Shown here: positions 50,854 to 60,000 of the stretch, piece after piece | Layout: each line of letters opens with the position of its first letter | Numbering within the stretch: the stretch's first letter is position 1 | Assembly (NCBI GenBank): GCA_965235115.1 | Contig: OZ249436.1 | Coordinates: forward strand, 11,038,001-11,098,000 | Source of the DNA: Laetmonice hystrix | Lineage: Eukaryota | Length of the DNA: 60,000 nucleotides | Direction: 5' to 3' | The notes under the pieces: generated by a model | What the model was told of the DNA's origin: nothing | What the model saw: only the letters and a program-made list of their open reading frames with translations | Databases searched by the model: none | Made by a program: the position numbers and the translations under genes

Positions 50854-53658
50854 GACCTGCCTGGAAATCCATCATGTGATGGTATGTCCTCAGACAGCAA
50901 TTAATTTCCGGCTGCTCTCCAGGGTGCCTGACCGACGCACATTAACGATGGCGAAGGTGACTGCTTTGACCAGGAGAAACAAATACCGGGTCCTCAGCAA
51001 CACTACCCTGGGTAAGAATTCATAAACGAACGATAAACCCTGCCGCCTCCTCGACTCTGTCACTATCAGCAGTGTTATTTTGTTATAGTCGACGTAAGCA
51101 CATGAAAACACCACACTTCTCAGTCAATGATGGAGAAAATTCAAATCTGTTGGCTTCAATAAATTTCCATCAGTCGTAGCACTGGCGCGGCAAACTAAAT
51201 CATACCCCCGGTATAATCAGACCAACGAGTATAAATAAAGACTAAAGACCCTAGTCCCAATCATGACAAAATTAATAACTGCATATATCAATTTATTACT
51301 TAAAACTCTAACCGAAATACATGTATAGCCGGTCAGGTTCCTCAGGCTCTCTTGATACAACTCAGCTAGCTTGCGCTGCGCAAGGCCTCACCTCTCTTTC
51401 GTTTATAGTCTATAACAAACGACCGTTTATCCTCACACTGGACGGCCAAGAAGATGTTATCAGTTGTTTTTAGCTATACACCCGTATTTATACGAAATGT
51501 CTCGGCATCAGATTTCTTCAAGTAAAACAGACACGCAGCCACTGATCAATTTCCGACCGTTTTGAGAAACTGCGATGTTAAAAAACATCTTGTGAAGAAA
51601 GTCTTTTCCTGGAGGATAAGAAACCGCTGACCCCCAACCCCGTTTTCTATACGAGCTGTAGGCCCACTCACCAGGTTAGAAGTCTACCGTACTGTCTAGG
51701 TTCTATGGTCATGGTAAAGATTACACGACACATGAAAGGAAAGATAATGACTCCCGACTACCACAGTTTGCCTCAAGACTTACACAGTCCTTTGATATGA
51801 CAGTCTGATGAGAGTACTAATTAACAAGGCCCGCCCTGTTCCTCCCTACTATGTGCATCCAATTAGTGTAATGTTTAGTCTCACCCTGATGACGTGTATT
51901 CAATTAGTCTGAAACCAACACTTTGGACAAACTATACACGAGAAGGGGCGTTCATTCTATCATAAAGCAAATTTTATCTCGACAAACGTTGCTCACCTAT
52001 AATATGATACCTATAGTGGACATTATCTTTATGTAGTTAATTCAACTTAGTTTGAATTAACCTCGTCAAAGAAACATTCCCTTTAGGAGTATGATGCCTA
52101 GTACCATGCCTGACGATGACGGTATAAATTTACGAGTACATGTACTATAAGTTCACTGGCTGATTAACCTACCGGTATATCATGTGTGGATTACTGTCAA
52201 TGACTTACACGTTATTATCTAGCACATACCAACAGATGCTGGAAACGACTATTTCCCAGAATTGTCATTATTCCGCATCTGGAGCAGCGAGACAAGCAAA
52301 CCATTGCTTCTGACTTAATGGCCTACTTAGTTATGGTTCATGCTACTCCCCCCATCCCCCAATCCCCCCCCCCCCCCCCCCCACACACACACAGACACTC
52401 TGCCCGCATCTCTATATCTTTTCTTCTCTCCGTGCGTATTTCCCAGAGCCGTGCTGCTGCAGTTACTCTGTTTTCCACCAGGTGGCAGCGTCAGTCATTT
52501 AGCAGCTCCATGAGTACGTATTTGACGTGGCTGCGAAGCTGGGAATCATACACGGAAACAGTACCTTCATCAATCCAAGAACTTTGTAAAATAATGTTTA
52601 CCTGACTGACTGGACTTTTATTTAATTGATAGAGATATAATTACTGCACCTGCCCCAGACTTTGCAATTTAACAAGAGGGCTCTTGGTGCAATAACAAAA
52701 CGTGTCGTGTGCAATGTTTAAAATAAGCTTTATAATTGTAGTAATTGGTATAATTGCTTAGCCTCCGTGATAAAATTGTCAACATAGACAATGGATGGAT
52801 ATTACATTTATGAAGAATATATGATCTGAAAACAGATAGGCTTGAGTAGACTGAATGATGCAAAACTAACAACATTATGATGTGAATCTAGATATCTAGA
52901 TTGAATGATGCAAAACTAAAAACATTATGATGTGAAATAAATTTAAAAAATGTGATAATGCAGTGTTATATGAACCAGCACGATTAACAATTTTATCTCT
53001 CATAAAGACCCGACAGTACAGCGGACATAAGTGACGGATGAGACAGCTTGTCCTGACGGGCCCAATAAATCCCCACTCCACGTGTATGGGCGGCCGGTTG
53101 GGTGGTCATATCTGCTGCGGTCCATATGTTAGAAAACTTTCACATTACCTCTACTGTCTGTCGTCAATACATGCCGACTGGGCATTAAGTGTTTCCGTGA
53201 TGACATGTTTAGTTACGAGTCTATATCTATTAATCCATCGACAAACCACCAGATAATCATCCGACAACTGACAAAACCTGAAAAAAATACGCCAAACACC
53301 TAACGCCAGATGGAATTAAAATTACATATTGTACAACATTATGGCATTCCTCATTCTGGAACGTTATTTTATATTTAATCACAATATAAATGTGAAATGC
53401 ACCTGGCGTTAAACCATATTATTTACAGAAAGATGGAAAGTATGACATCTAATGGCCTGGTAACTATGGTAACGAGGCGCTTTCATCATAACAACCTGCA
53501 GGGGCTCCACCATGGTGACAAACACTGCGCCCTCCATTTTTTTCTAAATGATCTTCTATCATAAAGTGTACGTAATAACACTCCAGATTATACTAAGGAT
53601 CAGAGCACAACGTCAAGAGTTGCTCTGACAAACTGTGCTGAGTTTAGCGGGTACCTAC

Positions 53659-53786
53659 TCTTGGTTAATCTCCACCATGATCGTACTGTAGTCCAGGGCC
53701 CACTGCTGCAGGTAACTGTAGCACAGTGACTCATTCTCATCGGCACAGATCCAGATATCGCCTCCCACATCGCTCAATTCACCCAT
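53659..53786 (-). CDS. Candidate alternative first coding exon (MGELSDVGGDIWICADENESLCYSYLQQWALDYSTIMVEINQ[E/D])
   Basis: GCTATGG start, coding-like codon usage, 42 codons + 2 nt, donor GA|GTAGGT (phase 2). The ORF-track entry ends in the donor. Confidence 0.6.
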
Positions 53787-56700
53787 AGCGACAGGCAGCG
53801 GCACCCCCGCCGGTAAATATAGCCTCCGCTCACAGCGGCTCTGCCCCCGGGTACGCCCGCAACACAAAGGGACTGTGAGCAGCCTTTGTTAGCGCGTGTG
53901 GTCAATGGCCGTGGTCCAGTGTCTGCTGTCTGTGTGGGGGTCTGTGATGATGGTGGCTCAATGATGACAACCACACAGGATCCAGACTGTGGGTAATCTC
54001 CAGGTACCAGATGGTGTCAATGATACTTGGGTTATAATATACCGTGTCATCTTTCTCACACCACCGCTGGCTTGTGATGGTAACCGGGACAGATGGGCAG
54101 AGTGATCCATAACAAGATGATGATACCTCTTTATCATTATCTTCTCTCACCGTGACATGTGTCTACATGGAACTCATTTCGTGGCCTGTCATCACCTTGA
54201 CATTGACAGAATAACATTTTGACATACTAAGTAACTCAGCAGGTGTCTATGCATCGGGCCCTCATTCAGTATATAAAGGAAGCGTAAGGTTGCATAATCT
54301 CCTGTCAAAATCTCCTTGGCATGAACTATTCGGACATTTTTAAACTACCATCATCATCATCATCATCATCATTATTACAGTAGAAAATGATAACGACGCA
54401 GTCGGCGTTGCAGTTTGCTCCAACGCCAATAATATATGAAGATCTGAAATCATTGCCCTACTAAACCGGTTGATCCCGTGGTTTGGTTTTTGAATGATAT
54501 CTCAACAAAGACGTCACAACTGCAAAACAAAAACTTTCCTCCTCGAGAGATCGGCTAGTGGCGAGGTGTCATGTACGGCTGTGTATATAAGAGGGCCAGC
54601 ATTTTGTTTGAGGACGAAAGGACCTGCCAGCATGCTGTATTAGACAATGATGTCCTTCGTTGTCACCAGATGGCACTGGTGTCGGCCGGTTGCCGGACCC
54701 CACAGGTGTCAGCCTACGTCGGGACCAGCTGGTTGGTATGGTAACGAAGGCAGCTAACAGCCTAATAAGGGGACACTTAACGGTGCTTGTATGTCCCCAA
54801 CCAACACGCCGCACTCAAGTGGTTCACATATTCAGTCCCCCTGATTTAATCATCCATGCGTCTCAATTGAAGGTTCACTAAAACTCTGAACGGAATAGAT
54901 CTAATTGGAACATTGTTTGATTCAAAAGGTCGGTCTTGCTGAAATCGTAGCCCTTGTGTGACAGAAACATCCATCAAACTAAGTTACAGATATGACAGGT
55001 GAGAAGAGATCATTTTAGGTATTCGAAGCATACCTGCATGGTAGTAACCAAAACCTGTATAAATCCTACCTTACTCGCCGCCTACCTGAATGAACCTTTA
55101 AATCTTAGAACTTAAAACTCAGGCACGGTCGTCAAACGTAACTGTGCATGTGCCACAGCAGTCCAATTTCCACTAGAGTCATCTAAGGTCAAATGTACAA
55201 TAACTTTAGTTAAACCCAAGTTCATGTTTAAACAATTCCTGGGTAGGATGAGGGGCAAACAAAGGTGAACAATGCCACATTAGCTGCTGATGGACGTTAT
55301 CATTATAAGTATACAGGTGGTCAGCAATAACTTACCGTATGTGGCCCCTAGTCCGGCCAACTCTTTAATATAGCCGGGGTTTCATATATAGCATACTTTC
55401 ATGCCGAGTTTTTACTCCCGTTTTTAACAGCTAAGTGTACGTTATTCAAGACACTTGCACCGACTCGGACTGGTTCACGATTTTTTTGCTACTTTATCTT
55501 TTTTTTTAGTCTTTTTTGTTATATTGTGACGTCAACTTAGTGTTAGCGTAATGGGATCCTCCCGGGGAGAAAAGATACAGACAGGTGTTTAATGTGGGAC
55601 TTTATTATCAGACGCACAATATACCGACAGACCGGCCGCAAACACCTTCAATATAAAAGAAAGCAGACAAAAAACGGTAGGTCCGTTTCTAAATTCTTAA
55701 TTGGGACGTGGAATGTCGTCACCGTGCTATACCACACAATGGTAATTGGTAGAAACCCATCTTCTGATTCTAAAGACTAGAATGAATGCATCTGATCACT
55801 ATAAAAACGGTCCATATGTCTTGCTCTTTTGGCGGTGAGCTAACAGGGCGAGAAGAGACATCAGGCGCGTTTGGTAAGCCAAGCTCTTCCGCCGCCCCAC
55901 AGGCAAAATGCACTAAGCCTTAAAAAAAAACACCCACACAACTGCCTGAAAGCATTGGCCTGAGGTTAAAAAAAATTAAAAAAAGGAAAGAATGAAAGAA
56001 AGGCAATGGCATCATATAACATTGTTACCATTGAGATGTATTTTTTTTATGAGGCGTACATGTTACGCATACACAAGCTTGACACCGCGGCAACACTCGC
56101 CGACACCTCACCTGTAGATTACGGTGCACATCTAAACCTATACTGCAACTTTTTCTAGTACACTTTCCTCACATCTGTCGTACCCCCCGGCCATTTTTAC
56201 AGTGTCTTTTAGTTTGTGACCTATCTGCTGATATTGACGCCTAAATTTCTGTTCATCTAAAAAAAAAGTTACTGCTTATCCTTTCAGACTCTGAACCAAG
56301 AAATAGACGATTGCGAGGCAGGCAGATGGCACCAGATGATCGCTCCTATCTGTTTGCCTTGCCTGATGTCGTAATATATCCTGGTTCTGGGGACATGTAT
56401 GGCCAGACACGCTGGCTCCATCCCATTCTTGGGTCAATAATCCGACCACTTACGGCGGTCATCGATGGCTGGACGTGTGACCCAATAAAAACACTGACCA
56501 CTGCTCATGTCTGTCCTCTCATTCTACGTGACAGGTATATTAACGGTCATCCACAGCCTGTCGCTCTAACGTCTCGTTACTCTAACCTTACACAAGTTAG
56601 CTTCTTTCATTAATCCAGGGAGAAAACAATGTAAAAATCTTTGAAAAATCTAAAAATGTATATATTAAATCAGAAATCACTGTCAATATATGCCACATAT

Positions 56701-58537
56701 CGTCAATTAACTGTGTACGGTATTGCCCACATCACTAAGTAATTAATGAGGTAACCACAATGCTCACAGTCGTAACTGTGAGGGATCTATTGTGATTGAG
56801 GTATATGAGCACACTCTGTGACCAATACCCGTATATTATGAACGTTCAGTGGAGGTATTATACAATAACTACAACAGAACCTACTTACGTCCCCAACTGA
56901 CCATGCGCTCTCCTAATGCATCAGTAGGGATGTGGTTACCTGGGGCTGGCGAACGGGGTGACTAGGTTTGACCATACAACTGTACTACAGTTCTATGGTT
57001 TGATCTACGTAAATGGTCCGTATTGTAGGGCCCATCATTAAGTGACACTGACAGACCATAACTTTATTACGGAAATAACTATATCGAAACTCCATAGAAA
57101 TCATAGCCCCCCCCCCCCCTCCGTGACCTATTTTGAATTCCTCTATACATGTTTTTAAATTCTTCAGGTGAAAAGGAAATGAAAGTGTCCTGATCTCTTT
57201 GTAGAAAATATTTAAAAGAAAGTTATGTACTCTAGTAAAAATCAGCTAAATGCGGCAGATATTTATATGAAAATATCCAACAATCAACCATGCGTCCAAG
57301 GAATGTCATGCTCTCAGACCCACCTTTACCGTTTCACTACCGGACAGTGGTAGTTTATTTGTCCAACACATAGTGACACCTGAACACTCAATGTACTCGC
57401 AAGGTATCCCAACCCCACTGAATAACCGTCTTGGAGAATCTGTTTGAATCCTTATCTCCGAGGCCTTACCATACCGTGTTTACCCGGTAAAATCTACCAA
57501 TAAATCCATTACGTAGGCCGGAAAGTGCGGTTGGACTATAATAACATTGCTGTCCTATCTAAATACCAGATAACGTCCACATGTATTGGACTTCATTCAG
57601 GCTGGCACGTCAGACTCACGCTGATCATTCTGACGAGGCTGTCTGGAAGGTTGGTCGTAAAGTGTTCTATTATTGTCACCTAGGACTAAAACCACGTGGT
57701 GTGACGGATTGTCAGGGTATTCATGTACCCTGACATAGCAAACATAAGCTAAATGCACCCAGCATATTACCAACTATCAAATGACCGATTTTTATGAAAA
57801 GCCAATTTTGTCAACAACCTTTTGAAGGCCTGCCGTGAAAGCCTGATGACTTCTAAATGCTCGTAAACGTTGGTACACCTTGCACTGCTGCTGTGCACTA
57901 TCCGAGATTTAACATCGGAATCCAAGCTGCACAAATATTTAAAGTTCTAGCAGTATTTCATCACTGAGCAGTAAGACCATCCAGTTTGTGTAAATTCATG
58001 CTACGACATTAAAATTTTTAGACCAAAATGTAAAGTGCCTTTCTCTTAATTCCAATAGATGTTACTAGCAATTATATGCGACATTTTTCAGGGGGTGTGA
58101 CCCCAAACATTGCCCTAGCTCTCCTACAGTAGCTGTGGGATCATAACAGGAAAATTGGTCACGTTCCCCAGTTATTGACAGATCAGAGTGTCCTTTTGGG
58201 TATGGTAGGTCAACACTTAAAAATACACGTAAAAAGAAAGTCCTTATACACGTATTTGACTTTGAGCTACGTTCCACATTCTCCTTTCAAAAATCGCAGC
58301 ATGTATTTATTGTACATTACTAATATTACATTGACTGTAAATATTTCCGCTAAACCCTAAGGTAAATACGAAATTCCTACCAACTTGTATACAGTAAACA
58401 CGTAATATATGGAAGCATAAACACAGCCATGCACCTTAAGGCCTGGGGGTGAGTTGGCACCCAGCAGACAATGGCCATGGATCATGTGAACTGTCACCAC
58501 CTGTCGCTTTATCTTCTACTCGGTATCCCACTCTGTG

Positions 58538-59914
58538 TCCCACACTGTACCCCAGTCTCAGACCTGTAATAATGTCTACGGACTCCCCACACTGTACTCC
58601 AGTCTCAGACCTCTCATAATGTCTACGGACTCCCCACACTGTACCCCGGGACTCAGACCTCTCATAATGTCTACGGACTCCCCACACTGTACCCCAGTTC
58701 CAGACCTTTCATATGTTTACGGACTCCCCACACTGTACCCCAGTCTCAGACCTGTCATAATGTCTACAGACTCCCCACACTGTACCCCAGGACTCAGACC
58801 TCTCATAATGTCTACGGACTCCCCACACTGTACCCCAGGACTTAGACCTTTCATAATGTCTATGGACTCCCCACACTGTACCCCGGGACTCAGACCTCTC
58901 ATAATGTCTACGGACTCCCCACACTGTACCCCGGGACTCAGACCTCTCATAATGTCTACGGACTCCCCACACTGTACCCCGGGACTCAGACCTCTCATAA
59001 TGTCTACGGACTCCCCACACTGTACTCCAGTCTCAGACCTCTCATAATGTCTACGGACTCCCCACACTGTACCCCAGTCTCAGACCTGTCATAATGTCTA
59101 CGGACTCCCCACACTGTACTCCAGTCTCAGACCTCTCATAATGTCTACGGACTCCCCACACTGTACCCCAGTCTCAGACCTGTCATAATGTCTACGGACT
59201 CCCCACACTGTACCCCAGGACTCATACCTCTCATAATGTCTACGGACTCCCCACACTGTACCCCAGGACTCAGACCTCTCATAATGTCTACGGACTCCCC
59301 ACACTGTACCCCAGGACTCAGACCTCTCATAATGTATGGACTCCCCACACTGTATCTCAGGACTCAGACCTCTCATAATGTCTACAGACTCCCCACACTG
59401 TATCCCAGGACTCAGACCTCTCATAATGTCTACAGACTCCCCACACTGTACCCCGGAACTTAGACCTCTCATAATGTCTACAGACTCCCCACACTGTACC
59501 CCAGTCTCAGACCTGCCATAATGTCTACGGACTCCTCACACTATACCCCAGTCTCAGACCTGTCATAATGTCTATGGACTCCCCACACTGTACTCCAGTC
59601 TCAGACCTGTCATCATGTCTATGGACTCCCCACACTGTACTCCAGTCTCAGACCTGTCATAATGTCTACGGACTTCCCCACACTGTACCCCAGGACTCAG
59701 ACCTCTCATAATGTCTACGGACTTCCCCACACTGTACCCCAGTCTCAGACCTCTCATAATGTCTACAGACTCCCCACACTGTACCCCATGACTTAGACCT
59801 CTCATAATGTCTACGGACTCCCCACACTGTACCCCAGGACTCAGACATCTCATGTCCACGGACTCCCCACACTGTACCCCAGGACTCAGACCTCTCATTA
59901 GTCTACAGACTCCC
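58538..59914. repeat. 47/48-bp minisatellite (~29 copies)
   Basis: Tandem ctccccacactgtaccccaggactcagacctctcataatgtctacgga and a 47-bp variant. Confidence 0.97.
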
Positions 59915-60000
59915 TGTCTGATTTAATATACTGTATACGCTCTGACAGAGGGGAAGTATAATTAGGTCCTTGTTTCTTGAAGATCTGGATCCACTCCATA

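Noticed and set aside
49200..56125. Weaker AG|GT motifs (49210, 51997, 56111) as recursive sites
   Set aside because: Short or poor polypyrimidine tracts or weak donors, as expected by chance.
56885..56905. ATG GTC AGT TGG GGA C|GTAAGT as a first exon
   Set aside because: Strong donor but phase 1 with only five codons. More likely a UTR exon or chance.
57709..57734. 10-bp-stem palindrome tgtcagggta-N6-taccctgaca
   Set aside because: Isolated, with no associated element ends or recurrence in the window.
58436..59898. Multiple ORFs
   Set aside because: 47/48-bp array with constantly shifting frame.

Overview
This is eukaryotic (animal-like) genomic DNA, mostly intronic. I see no prokaryotic operons, rRNA/tRNA genes or CRISPR array. 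Nearly all long ORFs in the six-frame track are read-throughs of tandem repeats, and about 12-13 kb (~20%) of the window lies in roughly 16 unrelated tandem arrays with periods of 9-190 bp. The main structure I infer is on the minus strand: the 5' region of one large gene whose shared exons would lie left of coordinate 1. About 10 short, mutually unrelated ATG-initiated exons are spread over ~54 kb, and each ends at a phase-2 splice donor. Three have TATA+Inr core promoters at canonical spacing, which suggests a battery of alternative promoters and first exons. The same strand carries three strong acceptor-fused-to-donor motifs (YnAG|GTRAGT) typical of recursive splice sites, and a 168-nt candidate intron built from exactly 8 copies of a 21-bp GT...AG repeat. 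Mobile elements include a 2.05-kb non-autonomous DNA transposon with perfect 52-bp TIRs, a TTAA-flanked Kolobok-like MITE, a hAT-like MITE and a heavily decayed LINE. I could not identify the gene, and all exon calls are by eye without transcript data.
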